Of a stretch of 64,000 bases of DNA, positions 46,545 through 56,239 are shown piece after piece (the stretch's first letter is position 1; every line of letters starts with the position of its first letter). The position numbers and the translations under genes were made by a program. This DNA comes from Candidatus Aenigmatarchaeota archaeon. Lineage in GTDB: Archaea; Aenigmatarchaeota; Aenigmatarchaeia; QMZS01. The notes under the pieces are model-generated. The model had not been told where the DNA came from. It saw only the letters and a list, made by a program, of their open reading frames with translations, and did no database searches. The stretch is taken from contig JAGLVB010000012.1 of the NCBI GenBank assembly GCA_023134135.1, forward strand, positions 4,072-68,071, given 5' to 3'.

Positions 46545-47816
46545 GGATTACCTCAAAATAAAATGCCAAACTATATAAAGTAAAACTTTCTATATTTTTA
46601 TGAAAAAAGAGGATACAGACGGACTTTGGGTTGTTGCTTTATCTGAATGCAATGAGGTTCAAAGAAGAAGATTATCTGGAGTAAAAGCTCTTGAGATTGG
46701 GTGGGGAGGCGTTTCCAGAGTTTGTGAATTAACGGGCATGTCCTATCATACTGTGAGAAAAGGAATAACCGAGATTAAAGAAAAAAAAGAACCTTCTGCA
46801 AGATTGAGAAAAGAAGGCGGTGGGAGAAAAAAACTCAGGGATAAAAATCCCAAACTCAAAGAAGATATAGATAAAATAATGGAGGGGAATACTGCGGGGG
46901 ATCCTATGAAAACCCTGAAATGGACCCATAAATCCACTTATTCAATTGCAGAAATTTTAAAAAGAAAGGGTCACTTTATTTCTGAAGATACGGTTGGAAG
47001 AATACTAAAAGAAGAGAGGTATTCTCTTCAAACAAATAAGAAAATGCATGAAGGAAAATCACATCCAGATAGAGATGAACAATTTCGTTATATCAATAGC
47101 AAGGTAGAGGAATTTTTCAATAAAAATCAACCCGTCATTTCAGTTGATACAAAAAAGAAAGAACTTGTGGGTAATTTTAAGAATACAGGACAAGTATGGA
47201 CTAAAAAAGGACAAGCTGAACATGTCAATGCGTATGACTTTCCAAGTTTTGCTGAAGGAAAAGCAGTTCCTTATGGAGCATATGATATTACCTTAAATAA
47301 AGGGTTTGTTAATGTTGGAATCAGTTATGACACTGCTGAATTTGCTGTCGAAAGTATTCGGCAGTGGTGGAAGCAACTCGGTAAAAAACATTATCCCAAA
47401 GCAAAAGAACTGCTCATCACAGCAGATTGCGGCGGAAGCAATGGATACAGGAATCGCGGATGGAAATATTTTCTCAATGAATTCTCTAAAGAAACAAATC
47501 TCAAAATAACAGTCTTGCATTTCCCGCCAGCAACAAGCAAATGGAACAAAATTGAACATAAGCTATTTTCATTCATAAGCAAAAATTGGAGAGGAAAACC
47601 ACTTATAGATTATCAAGTGATAATCAACTTCATAAAAAATACAACAACAAAAAATGGGCTTGAAGTTTTTGCTCGTCTTGATAAAGGAAAATACAAAAAA
47701 GGAAGAAAATTTTCAGATAAAGAAATGGAAAAAATAAACATCGACCATCATTTATTTCATCCTGAATGGAATTATGCAATCAAACCAAAATAGGCAAGTT
47801 ATTTTGCGGTGATGCC
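46545..47816 (+). mobile_element. ISAzo13-like insertion sequence (1272 bp) with imperfect ~24-bp terminal inverted repeats and a TAAG target duplication
   Basis: Left end GGATTACCTCAAAATAAAATGCC versus reverse complement of the right end GGCATCACCGCAAAATAACTTGCC. TAAG occurs at 46541-44 and 47817-20. Confidence 0.8.
46600..47793 (+). CDS. DDE transposase (ISAzo13-like family)
   Basis: 397 aa. N-terminal HTH region, GGGRKK motif, and a DDE-type core (VDTKKKE..., ITADCGGSNG..., NKIEHKLFS). Confidence 0.75.
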   Translation: MKKEDTDGLWVVALSECNEVQRRRLSGVKALEIGWGGVSRVCELTGMSYHTVRKGITEIKEKKEPSARLRKEGGGRKKLRDKNPKLKEDIDKIMEGNTAGDPMKTLKWTHKSTYSIAEILKRKGHFISEDTVGRILKEERYSLQTNKKMHEGKSHPDRDEQFRYINSKVEEFFNKNQPVISVDTKKKELVGNFKNTGQVWTKKGQAEHVNAYDFPSFAEGKAVPYGAYDITLNKGFVNVGISYDTAEFAVESIRQWWKQLGKKHYPKAKELLITADCGGSNGYRNRGWKYFLNEFSKETNLKITVLHFPPATSKWNKIEHKLFSFISKNWRGKPLIDYQVIINFIKNTTTKNGLEVFARLDKGKYKKGRKFSDKEMEKINIDHHLFHPEWNYAIKPK

Positions 47817-48020
47817 TAAGCTCTTCGCTGAGATCAAAAGGTACGTCCTTAACAAGTTCGCAATATCCGCATCTTAAATTACAATCACGTGTTCCAAAAA
47901 CCTGCGCTTCTGTTACTTTTTTATTTGACATATTCTCCTTAATTAATATCTATTTAAATATAATAAACTTTAATATGATATAAAAATCGATGAATTACTT
48001 ATTTAAATCCTTAACTATTT

Positions 48021-48779
48021 TTACCTTGCGTCGTAGGCTTCTAATATTCCTCCATAAAGTTCTTTAGTAATTTGTTCCGGATTATCAGAATTAAAAATTC
48101 CTCTTCCAATCACAAGATGGTCTGCTCCAGATGATATTGCAGATTCTGCATCTTTAAAAACATTTCCTGTTTTCTGAGGTCCTGCTCCCGGAGAAACTAT
48201 TTCACCATCATCAATAATTTTTCTGTAAACTTCCAGTCTTTCTGGTTTATTTGCCGGCGCCACAAAATACCTGACACCTAAATCTATTGCATCTCTTGCC
48301 AATTCTTCGCATTGCTCATGGCTGGAATACCTTATTGCCCCTGGTTGCGTCATCTCAAGAACAATTATAGGAACAATATTTTGTTCATAACAAGTATTAA
48401 CAAACGCCTCTAATGAACCTTGTTTATAACCCTCATTTAAATCTAAATTAATAACATTAGAGCCAGCACCAAGAGGACTTCCTATATATGAATCAAATTT
48501 CCCATCTTTTGCCACTCTTTCAACTTGACCTACTATAAAATCAGGCACATCACACCCATCTTTCTGTCCATCAAAAATAGTTGGCATTCTTATATCCGCC
48601 TCATCAAGAACCCTTCGCATAGTTGAATATCCATATCCATCCCTTATCTCACTTCCTATTTTAAACCCAGTTATCTCATTTGTAAGATTGTTAAGTTGAT
48701 ACATTTCCATTAATGCTTTTCCTAGAGGCATATCCATTGCAGGAACAATCCCTGGAGGATTTTTTAATCTTTTATCCAT
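48021..48779 (-). CDS. pyrF: orotidine 5'-phosphate decarboxylase-like protein
   Basis: TIM-barrel-like protein with a DGQKDGCDVPDF (D-x-K-x-x-D-like) block and a C-terminal ADHLVIGRGI phosphate-binding motif. Adjacent to pyrE. Confidence 0.55.
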   Translation of the reverse strand: MDKRLKNPPGIVPAMDMPLGKALMEMYQLNNLTNEITGFKIGSEIRDGYGYSTMRRVLDEADIRMPTIFDGQKDGCDVPDFIVGQVERVAKDGKFDSYIGSPLGAGSNVINLDLNEGYKQGSLEAFVNTCYEQNIVPIIVLEMTQPGAIRYSSHEQCEELARDAIDLGVRYFVAPANKPERLEVYRKIIDDGEIVSPGAGPQKTGNVFKDAESAISSGADHLVIGRGIFNSDNPEQITKELYGGILEAYDAR

Positions 48780-48809
48780 ACTAAATTACCTCAGAAAACT
48801 TTAAAAAGA

Positions 48810-49496
48810 TCATATTTTAACTCCATACTCGCACAGATAATCTTCAATTCTTCCCGCATCAACATCTGAAATTTTTTCTGTTCTGGATAAATAAGTTCTT
48901 ATCTCATTTATATTCACTATTGAACTTACAGGTATTCCGGTTTTTTCTTCAAATTGTTCTATTGCGTTTGTTCCGTCCACCCCGGTTTCCTGCCTGTCCA
49001 CAGCAATAACTAAACCAGTATATTTAAGATTATCAGCAAGACTATTCAAAAGATTAACAGAATCATACTTTGTATGTCCTGTTGTAAATACATCGTCCAC
49101 CATAATAATTTCATCACTATTGTGTATGCTCCCAATAACCCGGTTTTTTTTCATTTCCTGTTTTGTGGCTTCACCATGACCTTTAGATTCTTTCCTGTCA
49201 AATAAATATCTTTTATTTAAATGAAAATCTTTATCCAGAGCAATTACAGTTGCCACTGATAAAGGAATTCCTTTATAAGAAGGTCCAAATATTAAATCAT
49301 ATTCCTGCGGCTCAAATGAGTCCGTGATTTTACTGGCGTAAAAATAACCCAAATTCGAAATACTTCTTCCATCATCAAATACTCCGGTATTAACAAAATA
49401 AGGGGACTTCCTTCCGCTTTTCAACACAAAATCCCCAACTTTAAATGCATCCTTTTCCACTAAAAAATCAATAAACTCTTGTTTATAAAGTTCCAT
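48810..49496 (-). CDS. pyrE: orotate phosphoribosyltransferase
   Basis: FVLKSGRKSPYFVNTG and PRPP loop IIMVDDVFTTGHTK. Confidence 0.85.
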   Translation of the reverse strand: MELYKQEFIDFLVEKDAFKVGDFVLKSGRKSPYFVNTGVFDDGRSISNLGYFYASKITDSFEPQEYDLIFGPSYKGIPLSVATVIALDKDFHLNKRYLFDRKESKGHGEATKQEMKKNRVIGSIHNSDEIIMVDDVFTTGHTKYDSVNLLNSLADNLKYTGLVIAVDRQETGVDGTNAIEQFEEKTGIPVSSIVNINEIRTYLSRTEKISDVDAGRIEDYLCEYGVKI

Positions 49497-49533
49497 TATA
49501 TTAATTACTATTAAAATATACTGACAAAATAGT

Positions 49534-50442
49534 TCAATACCAGCAAAGTCCTATTATCTCAAACTGCCTGATTTCCTTGCAGTATTCGCGGTCATCATTC
49601 ACAACATTTATTTTCACTCCGTTCTTTTCATATTCTTCCAGAGCATTTTCGTATTTAGGAACAAGACTGTTAAGAACCAAGATTTCATTTATTTTATCTT
49701 TGTTTTTTTCAACCTCAGAACCGTAACAAACTTTATCCGAATGTTTTTTTATTTCAATGAGGAATTTTTTCACGGTCTCCGCTTCTTTTCTGTCTTTGAA
49801 TTTTCCTATAACCTGTTTGATGCAACCTCTTGTTAACAATTCTTTGAACCCTCTTTCTCCGCCGTTGGATAAATTATCAACTATCATATCTTTATCAATC
49901 AACTTTGCAACCAGATTTTTTGGTTTTCCCGGACCAGCAAGCACAATTTCTGCGTTTTCTTTTTTCAGGGATGAAGCAATTTCTTTGTAGTATTCTGTCT
50001 CCCTTCCTTTTGAAAGAATTTTTTTTATCTCTTTTAAATTAACAAAATCATACATCCTGAAATCAGCTTCTCCTTTATCAACAACGCAGGTTAAAATTTT
50101 ATAATTTTCAGGTTTTGGCAAATTATTAAATCCCCTATAGATTTTTATTTTTGAATATATTTTCAAATCAAGGGAATGGTATTTGTTTTTTTCTGTGCCT
50201 TCAGTAATTTTTCCGGTTAGTCTGACTCTGTTTGTTTCCCATTTCTTTTTTTCAACTTTTATTGAAAGCAGTTGGGGTATTTTTTTGCCTTTTAATATTT
50301 CCCCGGCTTTCTTAATAACTTTTGTCCTTAAGGTTCTCTGCTCAACAACCATATTTCCAAGACGGGTGAATAAAAACCAGAGATCGTTTAGACTCTCGGG
50401 AATTACGGATAAACTGTCTTTTTCTTTTTTTAGAAGTCTCAT
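49534..50442 (-). CDS. Pelota/Dom34-like mRNA surveillance protein
   Basis: N-terminus VIPESLNDLWFLFTRLGNMVVEQRT resembles the Pelota Sm-like domain. The C-terminal eRF1-like region is shorter than typical. Confidence 0.6.
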   Translation of the reverse strand: MRLLKKEKDSLSVIPESLNDLWFLFTRLGNMVVEQRTLRTKVIKKAGEILKGKKIPQLLSIKVEKKKWETNRVRLTGKITEGTEKNKYHSLDLKIYSKIKIYRGFNNLPKPENYKILTCVVDKGEADFRMYDFVNLKEIKKILSKGRETEYYKEIASSLKKENAEIVLAGPGKPKNLVAKLIDKDMIVDNLSNGGERGFKELLTRGCIKQVIGKFKDRKEAETVKKFLIEIKKHSDKVCYGSEVEKNKDKINEILVLNSLVPKYENALEEYEKNGVKINVVNDDREYCKEIRQFEIIGLCWY

Positions 50443-50483
50443 AATTAGATTAATTTAATTTTTCTATGTTCTTCGGGAATTAT

Positions 50484-51494
50484 CTATAAAAGCATTCCTG
50501 TTGCGTGTTCAGCATTGCCTATATTACTGCCAAGACCTTTAACTAACAGGTCTTTCCCAGATTTCAGGTCTGTGAGGGATAAATCAGAAATAGTTGAGGG
50601 ATACTCATTATAAATCATCTTGCTTGGGAGGAAACCAAGAGCTTTCCTTTTGAATGTCCATGAAGAATTAGAATAAGGATTCACTTTGAAACTTATCTTT
50701 TCCTTATTGCTTTCCCCGGATACTTCAAAAACAGGCAATTTTCCTTCAATTCTTTTTACTTTCATCTTTTTGAATTTATGCAATTTTTTGCTGTCAAAGA
50801 AATATAATTGTTTTTTTATTGACTTCCCCGCAATCCTTGGGTTGAAATAAAGAATAACGCCCCCATTATCAAAATGGAATGAACCCCAGTACCATGGAAC
50901 TGTGGGAGAATTCACATAGACTCTCTGGAAATAAGCAGTCCCAGTAATTTTTTCGTTTTTTATTGTGCCTGTTAAATCCATTCGATTCACTCGGATAATT
51001 GAATAACCTTTTCCGAAATATTCAATATTGCTTCTGATTGGTTTTATAAAACTGTGGTCTCCTTCCCTCTTTGCAATAAATTTAAAATCATCCCCGATTT
51101 TAACTACACTGTTTGTTTTGTTTACCTGATAAGAAGTTGGAATTTTTGTGTCCGAAATAATTTTTTCATCTGAAACTTTTAAGTTGCATTGCTCCATAAT
51201 TAAATTGTGGTTCATCTTTTTTCCGTCAAAATACCACGCAGCAACAGTGCCGTCAAACTTTGATTTATCTATTGGCTGCCTGCAGGTAACCGTCACCCCA
51301 TTGCACTCAATAATTGGGTTATTTTTGGAAGACCACAAAATCATCAACTGTCTGGGCTTTTTGCTCTTCGGAGTTTTTATGTAAAACAACCAGAACCACC
51401 AAAGCCACGCTCCTTTGCGCAATGGTTTATTTAGAACATTAAATATTTCACTCTCAAAATCCTGAACTTCCGAAGATTTGGGCTTGGATTTCAT
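50484..51494 (-). CDS. hypothetical protein
   Basis: 336-aa beta-rich ORF with an N-terminal WLWWFWLFYIK segment. Family not recognised. Confidence 0.45.
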   Translation of the reverse strand: MKSKPKSSEVQDFESEIFNVLNKPLRKGAWLWWFWLFYIKTPKSKKPRQLMILWSSKNNPIIECNGVTVTCRQPIDKSKFDGTVAAWYFDGKKMNHNLIMEQCNLKVSDEKIISDTKIPTSYQVNKTNSVVKIGDDFKFIAKREGDHSFIKPIRSNIEYFGKGYSIIRVNRMDLTGTIKNEKITGTAYFQRVYVNSPTVPWYWGSFHFDNGGVILYFNPRIAGKSIKKQLYFFDSKKLHKFKKMKVKRIEGKLPVFEVSGESNKEKISFKVNPYSNSSWTFKRKALGFLPSKMIYNEYPSTISDLSLTDLKSGKDLLVKGLGSNIGNAEHATGMLL

Positions 51495-51570
51495 TTGTTC
51501 CCACCCGGATTTTTAGATTCCATTATAATAATCGGTTAGATTTAAAATTAAGGGATTGTTGGTTTTTAGG

Positions 51571-51945
51571 TTAACAATCAATATAATTCTCTGGATGTCT
51601 TTCTCTTGATTCTTGAACAGAATCGGCCATTCTTTGTTTATAATTGACTCCAAAATCTTTAACAAATTTTTTATATTTCTCATTTGAATCTCTCATTTCA
51701 GAAATTCTTAAATCCAGCTCTCCACCCGTAAGTATTTTTAGTTCGATATTATTAACGATATAATCTCTTGCTTTATAATATAATTCATCTGAATCCTTTG
51801 CTATATCTGAATCAACATCAAAACCGCAAGTAGGGCAATTATACCACCGTTCATTATGATATTGTGTGTGATATTCCATTTTGGTTCCATCAATCGGACA
51901 TATTACTTCTCTACGAAGTTCCTCTGGGATAATTCCTGTTACCAT
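51571..51945 (-). CDS. zinc-ribbon hypothetical protein
   Basis: CPIDG...NCPTCG pair followed by a helical region. Confidence 0.45.
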   Translation of the reverse strand: MVTGIIPEELRREVICPIDGTKMEYHTQYHNERWYNCPTCGFDVDSDIAKDSDELYYKARDYIVNNIELKILTGGELDLRISEMRDSNEKYKKFVKDFGVNYKQRMADSVQESRERHPENYIDC

Positions 51946-51979
51946 AATATAATAGAAAATTTTAAATAAAAACCTAATA

Positions 51980-52240
51980 TGGACGGACTGGGATTTTCAT
52001 CACCTTTTCCAATAATACATTAAGGATCATTTTCACCCGATATGTTTTTGGGGTGCAGACCTTTTTAATTTACACATAGAAAAGGGTTGCTTTGAACCCA
52101 GGGCCTCCCGATTGCCAACCGGACATTCTACCAAGTGTCCAAAACTGCAGTTTTGAAAGCCTACCAAGCCATTCCAAGGGACTTAAGCGAAGGTAGGGTA
52201 AATGATAAAACTGTTTGCAGTTTTACTGAACTATCCGCCC
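51980..52240 (-). tRNA. tRNA-Ala(GGC) with two inferred introns (D-loop 91 nt, T-loop ~95 nt)
   Basis: Acceptor GGGCGGA/TCCGTCC includes the G3:U70 Ala identity pair. The D arm GTTC-AG|TTGGTA-GAAT is rejoined across 52225-52135. Anticodon loop TTGGCAA. T stem CTGGG/CCCAG split by an insert. Confidence 0.8.
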
Positions 52241-52278
52241 ATAATTTAATAAAATTTAAATTTATCCTGACCTTATTT

Positions 52279-52902
52279 ATGAACAAAGACCTTATTGCCC
52301 AAATCTCCAGTTTAAACCCAAAAATAGGAAATGAAATAACCGTGAAACTGAATGAATTTAAGAAAACCCGAACAAAAGAACAAAAATTCACTGAACTAAG
52401 TTTCTGCATCCTTGTGGCAAATACATCTCTCGCAAATACCCAAAAAGTTTGCAGGGAAATTAAAGGAAAAGAATTATCCGCCACAGAACAGGAATTGAGA
52501 GATGAATTAAAAAAAGCCGGATATAGATTCTACAACAAAAGAGCAAACTATATTATTCTGGCAAGGGAATTTATTGAAGAACTAAATTCCAAATCAAATA
52601 CAAAAGATGAATTTGAAACAAGAAAATGGCTGGTGAAAAATATAAAAGGAATTGGGTGTAAAGAAGCGTCTCATTTTCTCAGGAATATGAGGTTCACGGA
52701 CTTTGCCATCCTTGACCGGCATATAATGAAAATCCTAAAAGAATATAAAATAATCAATGAAATTCCCTCAACAATCTCAAAGAAAAAATATCTGGAAATT
52801 GAAAAGAAATTAAGGATTATTTCTGAACAATTAAATATAACTCTTGCTGAACTGGATTTATATCTTTTCTACCTTGATGCCGGAGTAATCTGCGAGAGAT
52901 AA
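52279..52902 (+). CDS. ogg: archaeal-type 8-oxoguanine DNA glycosylase/lyase (Ogg2-like, HhH-GPD)
   Basis: ELSFCILVANTS, RFYNKRANYI, IKGIGCKEASHFLRNMRF.DFAILDRHI. Start set at ATG 52279 because the upstream extension overlaps tRNA-Ala. Confidence 0.75.
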   Translation: MNKDLIAQISSLNPKIGNEITVKLNEFKKTRTKEQKFTELSFCILVANTSLANTQKVCREIKGKELSATEQELRDELKKAGYRFYNKRANYIILAREFIEELNSKSNTKDEFETRKWLVKNIKGIGCKEASHFLRNMRFTDFAILDRHIMKILKEYKIINEIPSTISKKKYLEIEKKLRIISEQLNITLAELDLYLFYLDAGVICER

Positions 52903-53900
52903 AAATAATGTGACTGAAACCACGTTTTTTTAAATAAACTAAAAAATATCCTAAATAAAGGTTCTTGTAAAAAAGGAAGTCGGTCAAATAAATATAATAC
53001 ATTTTCCTGTAGCTTTTTAATTTTTAAAAGTCTATTTAATTCGACTATCTTATAATCAGGATTAATTATTTTTCTGGCAACTTCTTCTCCGCTCGTTAGA
53101 GCATAAGAAATACCTTCTCCGAGATTCGCAGAAGTCAACCCCGCAGCATCACCGACTAAAAAAATATTATCAAATTGGATTCCTTTAAACAAACAATTGA
53201 CAGGACCCCCTTCATATCTAGCATTGCTATAATCTAAACCATAATCATCCAGAAAATTATTGAGTTGTATTCTAGCATCCGCAACGGATACAAGTTTTGG
53301 ATTAAAAAATATACCCGCAGAAGTAAATTTCTTATGCGGAAATATCCAACCATATCCTGAAGAAATTAGTTTGGGATTTATAAATCCTATAAATTCATCG
53401 CACATCTCTGGAATGATATATTGAATACCCATATAAATTTTATTTTCAAGACCTATATATTTCCTAACTACGGAACTGGCCCCATCCGCACCCACAAGAT
53501 ATTTAAAATGGAATATCCCTTTGGAAGTTTTTATCCTGTTTTTCTCTATGGATTTGACTAGAGTTTCTTTCAGGATTGTTATATTTTTGGAATCTTTTAG
53601 TTTATTCAACATGTATTGCCCTAAATCATACCTGTCAATAATCTTGATTGGAGTGGATAATTTTATATCATATTTCCTTTTTACCACATACATTTTTGCT
53701 TTTTCAAAAACTCTTGTTTTATTACTGGGTATATCAAAATGAGCATCTAAATTTGTTAATCCCCCAGCGCAGACTTTAGGTCCTATAATTTTGTTTTTCT
53801 CAATCAACAAAACCGACAAACCGGAATTTTTTAGTCCCTCAGCGCATTTTAAACCCGCTGGTCCAGCGCCAATTATAATTACATTATATTCATTTTTCAT
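52869..53900 (-). CDS. geranylgeranyl reductase family FAD-dependent oxidoreductase
   Basis: VIIIGAGPAGL dinucleotide fold, CAGGLT, LVGDAAGL. Start set at ATG 53900 to clear tRNA-Ile. Confidence 0.8.
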   Translation of the reverse strand: MKNEYNVIIIGAGPAGLKCAEGLKNSGLSVLLIEKNKIIGPKVCAGGLTNLDAHFDIPSNKTRVFEKAKMYVVKRKYDIKLSTPIKIIDRYDLGQYMLNKLKDSKNITILKETLVKSIEKNRIKTSKGIFHFKYLVGADGASSVVRKYIGLENKIYMGIQYIIPEMCDEFIGFINPKLISSGYGWIFPHKKFTSAGIFFNPKLVSVADARIQLNNFLDDYGLDYSNARYEGGPVNCLFKGIQFDNIFLVGDAAGLTSANLGEGISYALTSGEEVARKIINPDYKIVELNRLLKIKKLQENVLYLFDRLPFLQEPLFRIFFSLFKKTWFQSHYFYLSQITPASR

Positions 53901-53914
53901 ACTTTTTGGATTTA

Positions 53915-54117
53915 TGGACCTGAAGAGATTTTCAACCGGCAAACTGACTGATTCACCAAGCTTTGAATTCGAAGAGCCAAATTAATTTTTCCTAAAAAGG
54001 CTCACTCTCGACCTCCGGCTTCTACGCCTTATAAGAACATTGTTCTTACTCAAACCTCCTTTTACAAAAGTCTGGCCTTATAAGACCGGCGCTCTAACCA
54101 AGCTGAGCTACAGGTCC
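53915..54117 (-). tRNA. tRNA-Ile(UAU) with two inferred introns (anticodon loop 58 nt, T-loop ~70 nt)
   Basis: Acceptor GGACCTG/CAGGTCC (7/7), D arm GCTC-AGCTTGGTTA-GAGC. Anticodon stem CCGGT (54089-85)/GCCGG (54019-15), loop CTTATA+A. T stem GAGAG/CTCTT. The T-loop reconstruction is uncertain. Confidence 0.6.
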
Positions 54118-54145
54118 ATTATTAATGATTTATTAAAATTACTTT

Positions 54146-54700
54146 ATGAAAGAATTGCTTAAATTAGCCGATAAAATCAAAGATAAAGATCTTAAGGAAA
54201 AAACCATTGAGATACTTAAAAACCTGCATTTAAGCAATAAATCCCTTAAATACAAACCTTTAAAAATTGAGGAAAGTCCTGCGGGATATAAAGGATTTGA
54301 GCACCACATGGAAGAAGGCGGACTTGTCAGGCACACAAAAAATGTCACAGAAATTGCCCTGAAAATCGCCGAATCTGTTGAGGAAAAATATGGGGTTATT
54401 AATTTGGATTATGTGATTGCCGGAGCATTGCTCCATGATTTAATGAGGGTATTTGATTTCAAAAAGAAAACTGATTCTTATGAACTGGTTGGAAAATTAC
54501 TGGGACACGAAGAAATGATTGGTTGCGAATTATACGCAAGAAGTTTCCCCGAAGAAGTTGTTCACATTGTATTAAACCATCTGAAACCCGAAGGATTAAT
54601 TATCGAAGCTTTAATCGTGCATTATGCGGATTCAATTGATGCTTACACAGATGTTTATCTTAAAGAATCTATGAAATCAGTTCTCGAATCAAAATTATGA
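54146..54700 (+). CDS. HD-domain phosphohydrolase
   Basis: GGLVRHT, LLHDL, LGHEE, HYADSIDA. Confidence 0.7.
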   Translation: MKELLKLADKIKDKDLKEKTIEILKNLHLSNKSLKYKPLKIEESPAGYKGFEHHMEEGGLVRHTKNVTEIALKIAESVEEKYGVINLDYVIAGALLHDLMRVFDFKKKTDSYELVGKLLGHEEMIGCELYARSFPEEVVHIVLNHLKPEGLIIEALIVHYADSIDAYTDVYLKESMKSVLESKL

Positions 54701-55662
54701 AAGCCGAAGCAGTGCAGTTCCTCAGAAATTTAAAAGAAAATGTTAAAATAATTTCTCACAATGACGCGGATGGAATCTGCTCGCTCGCAGTCCTGTTAAA
54801 CTTTCTCAACAAAAGAGGAATAAACGCAGAATATGAATTAACTGAAGTGCCGATAAAACATGTTGAAAAAGGAGAGACTATGATTTTTCTTGACATCAGT
54901 CTTGACAATGCATTAAGATTTGCATCAGAAAAAACACTTGTAATTGACCACCACCTTTTTGACAAAAGACCTGACCTGCCTTTTTACAATCCAAGGGAAA
55001 CAGATGAAAAAAGTTACATCCCGGCTTCTTATCTAATACACGAAGTATGCTCAGAACTTGAAAATATGGAAGAAGTAAAATGGATTGCATGCGCGGGAAT
55101 AATCGGGGACAAAGGAGATAAAAATTCAGAGGTCTGCAAAAAATTTGTTGACAGTCTTGATAATTATAAAAATCTCAGCCTTGTTTCAGATTATATTTTC
55201 TCCGCAGATCTTGTGGACAATATTGACGGGGACAACAAAGCTCTTGAGATTCTTAGAAATGTTAAATCTCCAGAAGATTTATTACACGACCCTTACCTGA
55301 GCGAATGTTACGATGATGTGCAAAAAGAATTATCTAATTACAAAAATAAACTGGAACATGAAGATAAAATTATTTTTGTTGAAGTGGAATCCAGATACAA
55401 TATAAAATCAATAATTGCAAGCCGTCTTCTTGAAAAAAACAAAAATATAATTGTTGTTGCTTATTCCACCTACAATGACGCTTACAATATAAGTCTCAGA
55501 ACAAACACAGATATAAACCTCGGGGCAATCTCAAAAAAAGTTGCTGAACTTTGCGGAGGTGATGGGGGAGGTCACGAAAAAGCCGCGGGGGCAAAAGTAA
55601 GCAAAAATAAGTTTCCGGTTTTCAGGGAAGAATTTGTTTCTGAGGTTGAGAAGTGCGTATAA
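54697..55662 (+). CDS. DHH-family phosphoesterase (RecJ-like)
   Basis: Motifs ISHNDADGICS, FLDIS, VIDHH, GGGHEKAAGA. Confidence 0.8.
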   Translation: MKAEAVQFLRNLKENVKIISHNDADGICSLAVLLNFLNKRGINAEYELTEVPIKHVEKGETMIFLDISLDNALRFASEKTLVIDHHLFDKRPDLPFYNPRETDEKSYIPASYLIHEVCSELENMEEVKWIACAGIIGDKGDKNSEVCKKFVDSLDNYKNLSLVSDYIFSADLVDNIDGDNKALEILRNVKSPEDLLHDPYLSECYDDVQKELSNYKNKLEHEDKIIFVEVESRYNIKSIIASRLLEKNKNIIVVAYSTYNDAYNISLRTNTDINLGAISKKVAELCGGDGGGHEKAAGAKVSKNKFPVFREEFVSEVEKCV

Positions 55663-55663
55663 T

Positions 55664-56191
55664 TTATTCATTAGGTTCTATAACCAATTCTGGAAATTCT
55701 TCCAACCACTCAGAATTCGCCTTTATCAGCTCATGTATCCTCAGAGAATATATTTCTTTCTTTTTAGAATCCTCTTTCTTTAAATAAGAAACCATTTTTT
55801 CGTCCAATTCATAACCATGACCCTCGCCGAATTTGTTTCTTCTCATCTCGTTAATAAATTCATTGTCTCCAAGATTAGTAAAAATATCATAAAAAGGTTT
55901 TTCAAATTTCAAGTCGCCATTAAAATATATTATTTCTTTATCCCTAGTTTCAACGGATTTTATTCCAGCAACAGCCCCAATAAATGGTTGCAGTTGTCCT
56001 AAATAACCTTCAAAAACACCATCGTCATATTGACCAGTAACCAATCCAAGACAATCATAGGGATACACTGAATCGAGTTTTGCATAAAATCCCTTTTCGC
56101 CCATTGAGTCAACAGTAATAACATAAATCACCTTGCCAGTCTCCTCCCCCATTCTCCTAAATTCTTCTTCCACTGAGGTTTCATTTACCAT
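55664..56191 (-). CDS. hypothetical protein
   Basis: 175-aa ORF, no motif recognised. Confidence 0.45.
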   Translation of the reverse strand: MVNETSVEEEFRRMGEETGKVIYVITVDSMGEKGFYAKLDSVYPYDCLGLVTGQYDDGVFEGYLGQLQPFIGAVAGIKSVETRDKEIIYFNGDLKFEKPFYDIFTNLGDNEFINEMRRNKFGEGHGYELDEKMVSYLKKEDSKKKEIYSLRIHELIKANSEWLEEFPELVIEPNE

Positions 56192-56239
56192 ACTCTATAG
56201 TAATATAAAATTTTAAATATTTCACAAAATTAAAAAAAA

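Larger units (their letters stand above)
45637..47931 (-). pseudogene. radical SAM protein gene disrupted by an IS insertion plus a frameshift
   Basis: The N-terminus at 47931-47821 encodes MSNKKVTEAQVFGTRDCNLRCGYCELV (CxxxCxxC). The frame resumes at 46540 (SLEDWKIAF...GLGGEWTV) after removing the IS and one TAAG copy. A second break sits near 46110-46130, where ORFs 46056-46484 and 45637-46122 overlap. Confidence 0.8.

Noticed and set aside
52135-52278. N-terminal 48 codons of ORF 52135-52902
   Set aside because: They lie antisense over the tRNA-Ala exons and intron. The conserved Ogg domain begins after the ATG at 52279.
53901-53942. First 14 codons of ORF 52869-53942
   Set aside because: They overlap the 3' acceptor half of tRNA-Ile. 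The ATG at 53900 directly precedes the FAD-binding GAGPAG fold.
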